Shown piece by piece: positions 1 to 9,901 of a DNA stretch of 40,497 nt. Origin of the DNA: Spirochaetota bacterium (GTDB lineage Bacteria; Spirochaetota; B62-G9; DRHN01); contig DRHN01000450.1 of the NCBI GenBank assembly GCA_011049595.1, forward strand, positions 1 through 40,497. Reading direction: 5' to 3'. The position numbers and the translations under genes were made by a program. The notes beneath the pieces are model-generated. The model was not told where the DNA came from, ran no database searches, and saw only the letters and a program-made list of their open reading frames with translations. Position 1 is the stretch's first letter. Each line of letters begins with the position of its first letter.

Positions 1-42
1 ATCCCGGCTTTTTTTATTTAAATGGTCTTTATTTAAATAGCC

Positions 43-1625
43 TTATGTCATAGTTTCTCTTATGCTTTTTACAATTCTCTTTACAGAAGGCATACATTCC
101 ATTTCGAGAGACGGGGCCATGGGGGGAGGAACATCGTAGCTCGACTCACCATGTGAGAATAAGCGACAACCGTGATATCTCCACCCTCTTTTACAACTCG
201 TGCTTCCCCGAAGGGGATTAAATATTCTTCCCGTTCAGGAACTACTGCCTTTTCAAGATAAACCCATTGATGCTCAATAAATATGACAGGGTTGTCATCA
301 CGAATAGCAGTTTTTAAAAGTCCTTTCATGTCATAAGCATTGGATGGGATAACTACCTTTAATCCGGGAAAATGAGTTAAAACAGACTCAAGGCTCTGGG
401 AATGCTGTCCCGCGTATCCCTTGCCGCCACCGATTGTCGTTCTTATGGTCAGGGGAATACTGTACTGTCCGCCGAACATAAATCTCGCTTTGGCGGCCTG
501 GTTACCGACCTGATCCATTGCCTGGAGAATAAAATCTATAAACATTATCTCAACAACTGGCCGCAATCCTGTCATTGCAGCACCGACACCTGTTCCGATA
601 ATCGCTGCCTCAGAAATCGCGGTATTAAAAATGCGTTGGGCGCCGAATATATCATATAGACCGAGGGTAGCGCTAAAAGCACCGCCATGCTCCGATATGT
701 CTTCGCCCCAGAGCACAACTCTTTTATCTCTCATCATTTCTTCAATCAGCGCCTCTGTTACAGCATGCCTGGCAAGTATCTTCCCCTCGTTATTCCTGGG
801 ATATTTTCGAGGGTTCCTTAGGATTTGCTTTGTTTTATAGTTAGAATCTATTTCATTTGCCTCAATAAGCACCGGACCTTCGCCCTTAATACACAGTTCC
901 CTTGCTCTTCTTACTGCCTCGCGAACACTCAGAACGTTCATTCCACAGATCGATTCAGCGTGCATTGAAACATCATTGTACGCGCAGCCCCTCTTTGCAA
1001 GCAGTTCAATACCGGTCACCTCGCCCTTCTGCTGGCCTGTGTATCCGTACTGATTATTTTCAACAAAATAGACCACCGGAAGCCCCTTTTTAAATTGAGC
1101 CATCGTGGCGAAATTCATCGCTTCGTGAGCGATTCCGTTATTCATAGAACCGTCACCCACGCAGCACAGGATAATTTTTTCCTGACCATAATGTGCTATC
1201 GTGAATGCCGCCCCGGTGGCTATTCCAAAACTCCCTCCGACGATCGCATTTGCGCCCATATTCCCAACGGAGAAATCCGCGATATGCATTCCCCCCCCTC
1301 TGCCCCTGCAATAGCCTTCCTCCTTTCCAATCAACTCAGCCATAGTTCTAAACAGGTGATAATCTACAGCTGCATCCAGGAGATTGTCGTATTGATCTGT
1401 GTCAAACAGGTTGGTTTTCGCGGATTCGATAAATTTATTAAGTTCATCTTCATTCATTTGATAGAGGGCAAACAACCCCTTACTTACACAATGCCCGTGA
1501 CCTCTATGTGTGCTGGTTATGTAATCTGATTTCATTAATGAAGATATTGCTCCTACAGCAGTCGCTTCCTGGTGCTCTGCAAGTCCTATCGAATCGTTAT
1601 TGAACAAGCCACTGGGGATCAGCAT
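43..1625 (-). pseudogene. Fused 2-oxoacid/acetoin dehydrogenase-type E1 alpha-beta gene, inactivated by multiple deletions
   Basis: Alpha motifs QEATAVG, STHRGHGH, GRGGGMH and GDG..NNG..ENN, and beta motifs GEDI, ISEAAIIG, RPVVEIMF and QHSQS lie in one ORF. The alpha N-terminus and the TYR..GH loop are absent. The true beta C-terminus (DVPPPMAPSLEMECMPSVKRIVKSIRETMT*, stop 43-45) is in another frame after a gap. Confidence 0.85.
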
Positions 1626-2250
1626 AATCCTTTAATTCTGCATTAAGACGATTTGATCTCTCCAAAACAGGATGGGAAATAATTATGGGATCTTTGCTCA
1701 AAGGACCGGCGATGCTCTTCAATAAGTCAAAAAATCCCTTTGCCGGAGCTTCAGGGTCATTCCAAAGATCCAACCCGAGACCGGCGACGAGAAAGACAAG
1801 GCCGTCAGCGTACATCACGGCTTTTTCTTCCCATGTAACAGGAACGACATCTTCAGCTGGAAGAGGAAGGATCCCGAGCTGGGCTCTTTCATCAAGGTTA
1901 ACTGCGATCAATTCGTGTCGTAAGATGATCATTTGAACCTCATAATTAAATCCCATCTCCTTTGCTATCTCAGCACCATACATGCCGTGTAGAACAACAT
2001 CCTCCGGCACTTCAAATTCTTTTTTACCGAGAATAGAAACGGTTATTGGTTTTCCTTTGCACCTTGTAAAACCTGCATCATGTATCAATGCCCCGGACAT
2101 AATATTGGTATGATCAAGGCTGACTCCCTCTTTTGCCTCAATTCTCGCTGCGATTTTTAGCGCCAGATCACAAACCTGACCTCCATGCTCGATCCTCTCA
2201 TCAGGGATTTCCTTGTCCTTCATTTTTCTTATTACATCGATTCTGTCCAT
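1597..2250 (-). CDS. HD-domain metal-dependent phosphohydrolase (HDIG/TIGR00295-like)
   Basis: H...ALIHD...HG...RH...EEKAVMYAD pattern; AGGAGG RBS upstream. Confidence 0.85.
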   Translation of the reverse strand: MDRIDVIRKMKDKEIPDERIEHGGQVCDLALKIAARIEAKEGVSLDHTNIMSGALIHDAGFTRCKGKPITVSILGKKEFEVPEDVVLHGMYGAEIAKEMGFNYEVQMIILRHELIAVNLDERAQLGILPLPAEDVVPVTWEEKAVMYADGLVFLVAGLGLDLWNDPEAPAKGFFDLLKSIAGPLSKDPIIISHPVLERSNRLNAELKDYADPQWLVQ

Positions 2251-2259
2251 ACAACCTCC

Positions 2260-3300
2260 TCAGGAGATTTTAATTATAGCTTTTCCGCATTTTCCCTCCT
2301 GTGCTGTTAGAATTGCCTTTTCGGTTTCTTCAAGAGGAAATTCATGGGTCAAAACATCTTTTACATTTATCTTTCCACTCTGCATGAGATTTTCCGCCTG
2401 ATACCAGCTTTCAAACATCTCTCTTCCTGTAACTCCATAGACAGTTGCCTCTTTATACGTTATATTATTTACAAAATCAAGGCTGACCTCTCTGGAGTGC
2501 AGTCCTATAATACATATTCTCCCGCTTTTTCGCAGCAATTCAAATCCCATTCTTGTCGCTTCCGGAGAGCCTGCTAATTCTATCACGACATCGGCGCCGT
2601 ATCCTTTTGTTTTGTCCTTTACTATTTCTACTATTTTATCCCGGTGGGGATTCAATGCAATCACGTTATCGCTCAGCTTTTGAGCTATTTTCAAACGATA
2701 ATCGTTTATATCAATAGCAAAAACAGGTGAAGCACCACAGACGGAAGCAACATTGACCGCAAATAGGCCAATGGGGCCGCAACCGAAAATTGCAGTAGAA
2801 CAGCCGCCTATTTTATCCTTTAATACCCCATGTACCGCGATCGTGAAAGGCTCATAAATCGCGCCAATATCATGGGGCGTATCCGCCGGTAACTTATAGG
2901 CACAAATTTCAGGAATCTTCGTGTACTGCGCAAACGCCCCATCTGTGTGAACACCAACTATTTTCATATCCTGGCAAATATGCTGTTTTCCTGTTCTACA
3001 CAACATGCAGGTACCGCATGGAATATGGGTCTCACCCGCTACCAGATCTCCGGTTTTTACAAGGGAAACATTTGAACCGACATCCACAACCTCGCCGCAG
3101 AATTCATGACCGATTATTATCGGATTTTTCGCGTGTACGTTATCACACCAATCATTCCAGTTGTACAGGTGGATATCAGATCCGCAAACAGCAGCTGATC
3201 TTACTTTTATTAGAACTTCGTTGTCTGAGATTACCGGCTCCGGGAGCTCTCTTATTTCAATACCTTTGCTCCGATCTGCTTTATAGACTGCTTTCATCAT
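2260..3300 (-). CDS. tdh: Zn-dependent MDR dehydrogenase, L-threonine 3-dehydrogenase-like
   Basis: CGSDIHLYNWNDW, GHEFCGEV, structural Zn CxxCxxC-x7-C, GCGPIG, and Tdh-type GVTGREMFESWY. Confidence 0.75.
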   Translation of the reverse strand: MMKAVYKADRSKGIEIRELPEPVISDNEVLIKVRSAAVCGSDIHLYNWNDWCDNVHAKNPIIIGHEFCGEVVDVGSNVSLVKTGDLVAGETHIPCGTCMLCRTGKQHICQDMKIVGVHTDGAFAQYTKIPEICAYKLPADTPHDIGAIYEPFTIAVHGVLKDKIGGCSTAIFGCGPIGLFAVNVASVCGASPVFAIDINDYRLKIAQKLSDNVIALNPHRDKIVEIVKDKTKGYGADVVIELAGSPEATRMGFELLRKSGRICIIGLHSREVSLDFVNNITYKEATVYGVTGREMFESWYQAENLMQSGKINVKDVLTHEFPLEETEKAILTAQEGKCGKAIIKIS

Positions 3301-3323
3301 ACTATCTTCCTCTTAAAAATTTA

Positions 3324-4349
3324 TCATTTTCTTTTTGATAATTTTACGGCCATTTCGATTGCCTCCACCATGCTTTTCTCGTTCGCCCTGCCTTCACCCG
3401 CTTTTCCAAATGCAACTCCATGGTCTACAGAGGTCCGTATCACCGGCAAACCGACAGTTGTATTTACACCGCTCATGGATGACCACCTGTTAGTGCGACT
3501 GTCATATACAAATCCTTTGAATTTCATCGGAATATGTCCCTGGTCATGATACATTACCACAGCGATATCGTACTGTTTACCCCTTAATTTAGAGAAAAGT
3601 GTATCCGGAGGGACAGGCCCTTCGACATTGATATTTTCATTTCTTGCCAGTTCTATTGCCGGTATTATTTCATTTATCTCCTCATCTCCAAAAAGCCCAC
3701 CCTCACCGGCATGGGGATTCAATCCCGCTACGGCAATTTTAGGTTTTTCAATCCCCAAATCACGCAGTGTTTGATCAGCGAGCCGTATCACAGTCAAAAC
3801 CCTCTCCTTTTTAACCCTGTCACATGCCTCCCTTAATGAGACATGTGTGGATACATGAATCACACTCATATCCTCATCCGAGATTATCATGGCATAATCT
3901 TTTGATTTAGTCTTTTCGGCAAAAATTTCAGTGTGCCCGGAATAATGAAACCCGGCAGCCGAAATAGCTTCTTTATGTATTGGGCCGGTAACCACAGCAT
4001 CTACTTTTTTTCCAACCGCCAGATCGATAGCCTTTAGAATATATTCCATGGAAGCCCTTCCTGCTTCGGCATTCACTTTCCCATACTTAAAATCATCAAG
4101 GCCGATGTTGTTTAAATCCATCAAATCTATCGATCCAAAATCCCCGGTTACTTCATCAACATTTTCCACTATATGTAATTTTAAGTTAGAGGGAATAAAA
4201 TTCAGAGCGTCTTTCATTACCGTACTACTACCAATTACCAGCGGTTTCGATATCCTGTATACATCTTCACTGCTCAGTGATTTTACAATTATTTCCGCCC
4301 CGATACCCGCCGGATCGCCCATCGTTATGCTTATTAGTGGTTTTTTCAT
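3324..4349 (-). CDS. pdxA: PdxA-family dehydrogenase, PdxA2 type (tetronate/4-hydroxythreonine 4-phosphate dehydrogenase)
   Basis: TMGDPAGIG, GHTE, GLNPHAGE, MYHDQGHIP and RTSVDHG motifs; adjacent to a DUF1537 kinase. Confidence 0.93.
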   Translation of the reverse strand: MKKPLISITMGDPAGIGAEIIVKSLSSEDVYRISKPLVIGSSTVMKDALNFIPSNLKLHIVENVDEVTGDFGSIDLMDLNNIGLDDFKYGKVNAEAGRASMEYILKAIDLAVGKKVDAVVTGPIHKEAISAAGFHYSGHTEIFAEKTKSKDYAMIISDEDMSVIHVSTHVSLREACDRVKKERVLTVIRLADQTLRDLGIEKPKIAVAGLNPHAGEGGLFGDEEINEIIPAIELARNENINVEGPVPPDTLFSKLRGKQYDIAVVMYHDQGHIPMKFKGFVYDSRTNRWSSMSGVNTTVGLPVIRTSVDHGVAFGKAGEGRANEKSMVEAIEMAVKLSKRK

Positions 4350-4365
4350 GGGTTGATTGTAAAGG

Positions 4366-5673
4366 CTATGTCAACACCTGTCTCCTTTGTCCTATATTGA
4401 GTGACATCTTATCAATAATTTCAAAAAGCGTATCTTCCTCGCCGAATCCGCCCGCTTTTGTTACTAACTTTAATTGTAAATCCCCAAAATCTACCATTGA
4501 CACGGGAATACCTGGAAAAAGTTCATCCAGGATGTATAAATTATGTAAATCCAGAGCCGAGCAAACCCCTAAAGCAGTATCACCACCACTCAATATTAAG
4601 CTCCTGACTGAGCTTTTTCGAACAACGGCAGCGGTAAGCTCACCCAGGAAATTCCTTATTGTTAATTCAAGTTCTCTAGCTTTTAGCCCGTGTTTTTTGA
4701 CCAGCTTTTCATTTATTTTCATTTTTTCAGTATTGAGAGGGTCAGTATGTATTACTACATCCCGTCTCTCATTCAATGCCTTGACTGATTTACCGCTGTA
4801 CTCTTCAATTGCCGATGCCCGCCCGGCAAAAATTGTTTCCAGATCAACAATCACCTCACAAAATTCAACCCTCCCCTTAAGGTAATCTATTTGAGATTTC
4901 ATAACCGGCTGCCTCGTCGCGCAAACCGCCAAGACCGGTCTTTCATTATCAAGTGCTTTTATCTTACTATTTACATGGCCTTTATTCATTCCTAATAGAT
5001 GATTTGCGAGACCGGCAGAACCTGAATATAGAATTGAGCCGTCAAATTTAAAACTGCTCTTTATTATATTTTGAAGATGTGTTTCATCCGCGGCATCAAT
5101 TACAACGATCTTAATCCCTTTTTCATACAGTTCTTTTATCTTTTCAAGAATAACATCAGGGCCCTTTGCAACGTCTTTTAATTCAATTCTCGACACAGGC
5201 AGGTCTGTTTGCCTTTCAAGAAGAGAAGGTATATAAGAAGCTTCCCCTGGTTCTATATCTTCATTGCCATAATTACTGAGTTCAAGGATAGTTCCCTGTA
5301 CAATAAGATAACCGCCGACAGTAATTCTCTTGTTAAAGGAAAAGGTGGGAGAAAAAATACATATATCCATCTGTAAAAAATTCATTATTTCTTCTATCTC
5401 GGCCCCGATACAGCCCCTCAGGGTTGAATCAACCTTTTTATACACGATGTCATTTTTTCCCGGATTTAGTTTCTCCAATACTTGTTTCACTCTTTTTCTT
5501 GCTATTGAAGGCTCTATCTCGCGGGTTTCAATGTCCACTACCATGACGTCCGTATCTTCAATCAAAATGGGCGAGTTATTTATTATTGAAACGACTGTTC
5601 TGTATCCCCTTTTAGAAAATTGAACCCCGGTATCATTCGCTCCTGTAAGATCATCAGCAATAATATATATCAT
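4366..5673 (-). CDS. Four-carbon acid sugar kinase (DUF1537; DtnK/DenK-like)
   Basis: IADDLTGAND, KKVDSTLRG, GSAGLA, SGGDTA and TKAGGFG family motifs. Confidence 0.93.
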   Translation of the reverse strand: MIYIIADDLTGANDTGVQFSKRGYRTVVSIINNSPILIEDTDVMVVDIETREIEPSIARKRVKQVLEKLNPGKNDIVYKKVDSTLRGCIGAEIEEIMNFLQMDICIFSPTFSFNKRITVGGYLIVQGTILELSNYGNEDIEPGEASYIPSLLERQTDLPVSRIELKDVAKGPDVILEKIKELYEKGIKIVVIDAADETHLQNIIKSSFKFDGSILYSGSAGLANHLLGMNKGHVNSKIKALDNERPVLAVCATRQPVMKSQIDYLKGRVEFCEVIVDLETIFAGRASAIEEYSGKSVKALNERRDVVIHTDPLNTEKMKINEKLVKKHGLKARELELTIRNFLGELTAAVVRKSSVRSLILSGGDTALGVCSALDLHNLYILDELFPGIPVSMVDFGDLQLKLVTKAGGFGEEDTLFEIIDKMSLNIGQRRQVLT

Positions 5674-5768
5674 CCAATAAACCTAACCTTTCCTCAAACC
5701 ATTGTTTGCTTTCGAGTCGAACCAGCTTATAACTGTTTCTCCGATATATCGAGAAATATTAGACCGGG

Positions 5769-7100
5769 TCAAACTTTCACAGGGCTGACCTTATCCTGAA
5801 GCATACGAAGATGATAAAGCATAGAATCAACCTTTGGGGCGATTGAATCATATGTGACAATTTGGTCCTTTTTTATATCTTTTATCAGCGCGGCACCTTC
5901 CAGAAGACCAAAGGGAACACTATCGTCCTTTTTTGCAGTGTCCGCCAGTTCATTTAAAGCGTACATCATATAATTATTTTTTATTATCGTCCCGGTTTTT
6001 ATATCAAATTTAGCAGCACCGACAACCTCGGAGAGAAGCCCAAACCTTGGTACAACTGTAGGTTCATGATCTTCAACAGCCCAAACAATAGAAAGAGGAA
6101 GCTCATTTGAAGCAAGGTGATATGGTGTATAAAAGGTATAATAATCCCCGGAGTGTATAACGTTCCAGTATTCAAGATCCCTTTTAAGTTGCGGGTGCTG
6201 GGTGCGCAGTAAAACAAAAACACCGGGTGAAACACTGTTCACAAAATCCACCGAGCCATCCGGCAGGAGTAAAGGCCGGGCATAATCTACAACACCACGT
6301 TTGTTCAACAGACCGCCTTCACTTTTCAAACAGAACAGCTTTGCAATATCCTGGATCCCGGCTGCCGGGCCGTGCATGCCCCTTATATCAGGGATTAACC
6401 CTGTTGCATTTGATATGCACGACATTTCAATCGAAGTTTTGGTACCGTCACGAAATGTAACAAGTATTTCAGGGTTAATATCTAAAATCCTTCCATCCTC
6501 CTCGACAGTATCGGGTGTTGCGTATCTGTCCATTTTTGCAAGGCTTACAGGGCTTTTGCCCACTGCAACCACTTCCAATCCCAACCCGCCCCAGCGATCG
6601 ACAAGCTCTGTGATAAGCCCGGGCTCATCCCCACTGGACACGGAATATATCACACCTGCATTTTCGGCCATATGGTGAAGGATCGGGCCTATAACGACAT
6701 CAGTTTCCACGTTAAGCAGTATGACATTCTTTCCCCCCTGGATCGAACGGAAAGCAACCTGAGCCCCAATTTCCGGTATACCGGTACCGCCGACAACACA
6801 ATCAATAGAAAGCTCCGGCAATATTTCAAAGGTTTCTGTTACAGCGGGTTTCCCTTTATTAATCGCGTCATTTGCCTCACCCGGATTGTTGGTTATGACT
6901 ATGTCCCCGCGTTTTACACCGTTGATTTCATAAGCGCGGACGGCCATTTCAACTTTGATGTCGCAGATGATTGCATTTACAATCCCTACCATCGAATCCG
7001 TCTGGCAGATAGCGCCGGTATTCATGCGCCCGGCACCAACCCAGCCCACCCTTATCGGATTCCCCTCAGCCTTTCTCCGCTCCAGCTTGACAGATATCAC
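5769..7100 (-). CDS. NAD(P)-dependent oxidoreductase, homoserine-dehydrogenase-like with C-terminal SAF domain (COG4091-like)
   Basis: Rossmann VGAGRM, NVETDVVIGP, GDEPG, DGTKT..EM and YTPYHL; C-terminal SAF-like VPFGLLEGA...IKKDQIVTYD. GTG start. Confidence 0.8.
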   Translation of the reverse strand: MISVKLERRKAEGNPIRVGWVGAGRMNTGAICQTDSMVGIVNAIICDIKVEMAVRAYEINGVKRGDIVITNNPGEANDAINKGKPAVTETFEILPELSIDCVVGGTGIPEIGAQVAFRSIQGGKNVILLNVETDVVIGPILHHMAENAGVIYSVSSGDEPGLITELVDRWGGLGLEVVAVGKSPVSLAKMDRYATPDTVEEDGRILDINPEILVTFRDGTKTSIEMSCISNATGLIPDIRGMHGPAAGIQDIAKLFCLKSEGGLLNKRGVVDYARPLLLPDGSVDFVNSVSPGVFVLLRTQHPQLKRDLEYWNVIHSGDYYTFYTPYHLASNELPLSIVWAVEDHEPTVVPRFGLLSEVVGAAKFDIKTGTIIKNNYMMYALNELADTAKKDDSVPFGLLEGAALIKDIKKDQIVTYDSIAPKVDSMLYHLRMLQDKVSPVKV

Positions 7101-7165
7101 TTTCTTTTCTTCTCCCCGATTTCAAAAAGTACTTAATTTATTCTTTTCGATTACCAGGCACGATA

Positions 7166-8110
7166 TTACCGGTCCCGCTTTTGGAGCAGTATTTTCGCAC
7201 TTCTGGAAATATTCTCAGCTGTTAGACCGAACTTTTCAAAGAGATCACCATACAAACATGATTCGCCAAAGCAATCCGGAACTCCTATTCTATACAATCT
7301 CCCTTTCCCGTATTCAGCCAGAACTTCAGCCACCGCGCTGCCCAGACCGCCGATAACTGAATGGTCCTCGGATGAAACTATACCGGCCGTCTCTTCAGCC
7401 GCCGAGATTATCGTTTCTTTATCAATGGGTTTTATGGTTGACATGTTGATCACACGTGCAGAAATCCCATCCCTGTCCAGATCTGCTGCCGCGGAAAGTG
7501 ATATTTCAACCATTATTCCACAGGCTATTAACGTTACATCATTCCCCTGCTGCAATACTTGTGCCTTACCCAGTTTCATTTCATAATCCTGTGGAAGTAT
7601 TGCAGGTATTGCGTGCCGTATAAGCCTCACATAGACAGGGCCTTCAGTAGAGTATGCAATGACCGTAGCCTGTTTTGCTTCAAGAGGATCACATGGCACC
7701 AGCACCTTAAAGTTCGGAAGCCCCCGCATAAGGGATATATCTTCACACGACTGGTGTGTCGGCCCATCCTGGCCGACACTGATGCCGCTGTAGCCCCCTA
7801 TCACTTTAACGCTCAGATTTGGGTATGCGACTGATTGTCTGATCTGATCATAGGTCCTGCCGGTGGCGAATGTTGCTATGGTCCCGGCGAATGGGATTTT
7901 CCCTGCCGACGCCAGCCCGGCAGACACACCGATCATGTTCTGCTCCGCGATACCAACGTCAATATGCCGATCGGGATATTTATCCTTTAAGAATTTTGTT
8001 CCCATGCGTATCGCCACATCCGCGTCGACCGCGATAATTCGATCGTCTTTTTCAGCAAGCTCAAAAAGCTTTTCACCGTAGGCGTCAGCCTGTTTCATCA
8101 TATCACTCAT
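7166..8110 (-). CDS. Split transketolase, C-terminal (pyrimidine-binding/C-terminal) subunit
   Basis: DVGIAEQNM, YDQIRQS, DGPTHQ, TIKPID and EDH..GGLG motifs. ATG at 8110 follows a GGGGGTGG RBS and overlaps the upstream stop. Confidence 0.92.
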   Translation of the reverse strand: MSDMMKQADAYGEKLFELAEKDDRIIAVDADVAIRMGTKFLKDKYPDRHIDVGIAEQNMIGVSAGLASAGKIPFAGTIATFATGRTYDQIRQSVAYPNLSVKVIGGYSGISVGQDGPTHQSCEDISLMRGLPNFKVLVPCDPLEAKQATVIAYSTEGPVYVRLIRHAIPAILPQDYEMKLGKAQVLQQGNDVTLIACGIMVEISLSAAADLDRDGISARVINMSTIKPIDKETIISAAEETAGIVSSEDHSVIGGLGSAVAEVLAEYGKGRLYRIGVPDCFGESCLYGDLFEKFGLTAENISRSAKILLQKRDR

Positions 8111-8978
8111 TGAGACCACCCCCTGACCAGTTTAGCTCGGCAAGGGCCAGGGCCAGCTGGTCATCCGTTACCGGCTTCGCGTGCCATTCCATTCTATTTT
8201 CCATAAAAGAGACCCCTTTCCCCTTTACCGTACGGGCCAGAATTACTTTCGGTCTGCCCTTTTTCTTACCCTTCAACGTTTGAAAGGTTTTATAAATTTC
8301 ATGTATGTTGTGCCCGTCTATTTCTGTTGTATCCCAGCCAAAAACCTTCCATTTTTCCTCCAGGTCGCCGAGGGGCATAATTTCATCAACAGGCCCATCA
8401 TTCTGGATCCCATTCCAATCCACTATCGCGATTAAATTATCGAGTCTGTATTTTGACGCCGTCATAATAGCTTCCCATATCTGCCCTTCATCGTGCTCTC
8501 CGTCAGACAGCAGTGAAAACACGTTGTAAGATTTTTTATCTATTTTCCCGGCAATAGCCATACCCACCGCGGCAGACAACCCCTGCCCCAGAGACCCTGT
8601 GGTCATATCCAAACCCGGGGTCTTTCTCATATCAGGATGACCCTGGAGAATGCTTCCCGGTTGTCGAAGTGTTGCTAATTTTGATCTTGGAAAATACCCC
8701 CTTTCAGCAAGGGCTGCATACACCGCAGGCACCCCATGCCCTTTGGAAAGAACAAAACGGTCCCTGTCGGGCCAATCCGGTTTTTCGGGGTCGATATTCA
8801 TCACCCCGAAGTATAACACGGCAATTATGTCAGCAGCGGAAAGGGACCCTCCGGGATGGCCGGGATGATCGGTTGGAGCGGAGTTTATCATCTGCAATAT
8901 TCGAACTCTAATAGCGGCAGCCCTACCGGCAAGTTTATCTACTGTTTCATCACCGGAAGCTAAACGGTTTTTTGCCAT
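8103..8978 (-). CDS. Split transketolase, N-terminal (ThDP-binding) subunit
   Basis: GHPGGSLS, RDRFVLSKGH, LQGHP, TGSLGQG, SDGE..EG and TVKGKG motifs. Confidence 0.93.
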   Translation of the reverse strand: MAKNRLASGDETVDKLAGRAAAIRVRILQMINSAPTDHPGHPGGSLSAADIIAVLYFGVMNIDPEKPDWPDRDRFVLSKGHGVPAVYAALAERGYFPRSKLATLRQPGSILQGHPDMRKTPGLDMTTGSLGQGLSAAVGMAIAGKIDKKSYNVFSLLSDGEHDEGQIWEAIMTASKYRLDNLIAIVDWNGIQNDGPVDEIMPLGDLEEKWKVFGWDTTEIDGHNIHEIYKTFQTLKGKKKGRPKVILARTVKGKGVSFMENRMEWHAKPVTDDQLALALAELNWSGGGLNE

Positions 8979-9094
8979 TGATATAACCCTACTTAATAAA
9001 TTTATAATTAGTTCCTGGTGACTATTCCAGGTTTTCCTGGCTGATTAGTATTTTAATAATAATTGCTGACAATTATTTTCAGTTTCAGCGGCAT

Positions 9095-9856
9095 TTAATC
9101 CATATAAACGCCGCCATTGATATCTATATCCTCCCCTGTTATATATCCGGCCTCCTCGGAAGCAAGAAAACAGATAGCAGCAGCTACTTCATCGGTGCGT
9201 CCGAACCTTCTGCATGGAATTCTGGCTGAAATCTCCATCTGTTTTTCCTCGCTTTCAAGACCACCGCGAATATCGGTTGCTATTGTCCCCGGTGTAATGG
9301 AGTTCACTGTGATGCCGTAAGGGCTTACCTCCTGGACAAGGTGTTTTGAAAAACCAAGTATACCGGCCTTCGAGGCACAATAATGGGCCCCTCCGTAGGA
9401 AATACACCCGGTTTTCCCTGCGACTGAGCTAAGATTGATAATTCTTCCGTATTTTCTCTCAATCATCGAAGGAAGAACCGCCCTGCAAAACAGAAACGCA
9501 CTCGTCAGGTTAACCGCTATAACTCGATCCCAGTCCTCCTCACTCATATCGATTACCTTGACTGGTTGGTTGATAGCGGCATTGTTTACCAGAATATCGA
9601 TCTTGCCGAACTTTCCGAGTGTTTCATTTACAACTTTTTGTATATCACCTGCGGAAGAAACATCGGTTTTGAATGCCAACGCTTCCTGACCCTTCGCTTT
9701 TATTATTCCTTCGACGTCCATAACCCCGTCCAGGTCAATATCGCAAATGATCACCTTTGCCCCCTGCCCTGCGAACGATATCGCGGTCGCGCGTCCGATA
9801 CCCCTCTTTGAACCCGCACCGGTTACGATTGCCACTCTCCCGTCTAAACTAAACAT
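9095..9856 (-). CDS. SDR-family NAD(P)-dependent oxidoreductase (FabG-like)
   Basis: TGAGSKRGIG, NNAA, YCASK catalytic motif and C-terminal YITG..I.INGG. ATG at 9856 after GGAGG. Confidence 0.9.
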   Translation of the reverse strand: MFSLDGRVAIVTGAGSKRGIGRATAISFAGQGAKVIICDIDLDGVMDVEGIIKAKGQEALAFKTDVSSAGDIQKVVNETLGKFGKIDILVNNAAINQPVKVIDMSEEDWDRVIAVNLTSAFLFCRAVLPSMIERKYGRIINLSSVAGKTGCISYGGAHYCASKAGILGFSKHLVQEVSPYGITVNSITPGTIATDIRGGLESEEKQMEISARIPCRRFGRTDEVAAAICFLASEEAGYITGEDIDINGGVYMD

Positions 9857-9901
9857 ACGCACCTCCCAATAATTTCATACCACGGTTAGAAAGCTTCTCG
9901 A

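Noticed and set aside
1-20. Terminator after the E1 pseudogene
   Set aside because: Only one arm (AAAAAAAGCCGGGAT on the minus strand) is visible, cut by the window edge.
115-140. Programmed frameshift or phase variation at the G/C run in the E1 beta end
   Set aside because: About 77 codons are missing at the junction, so restoring the frame would not restore the protein.
3324-4349. De novo vitamin B6 biosynthesis locus
   Set aside because: The DUF1537 context indicates catabolic PdxA2; no pdxJ in the window.
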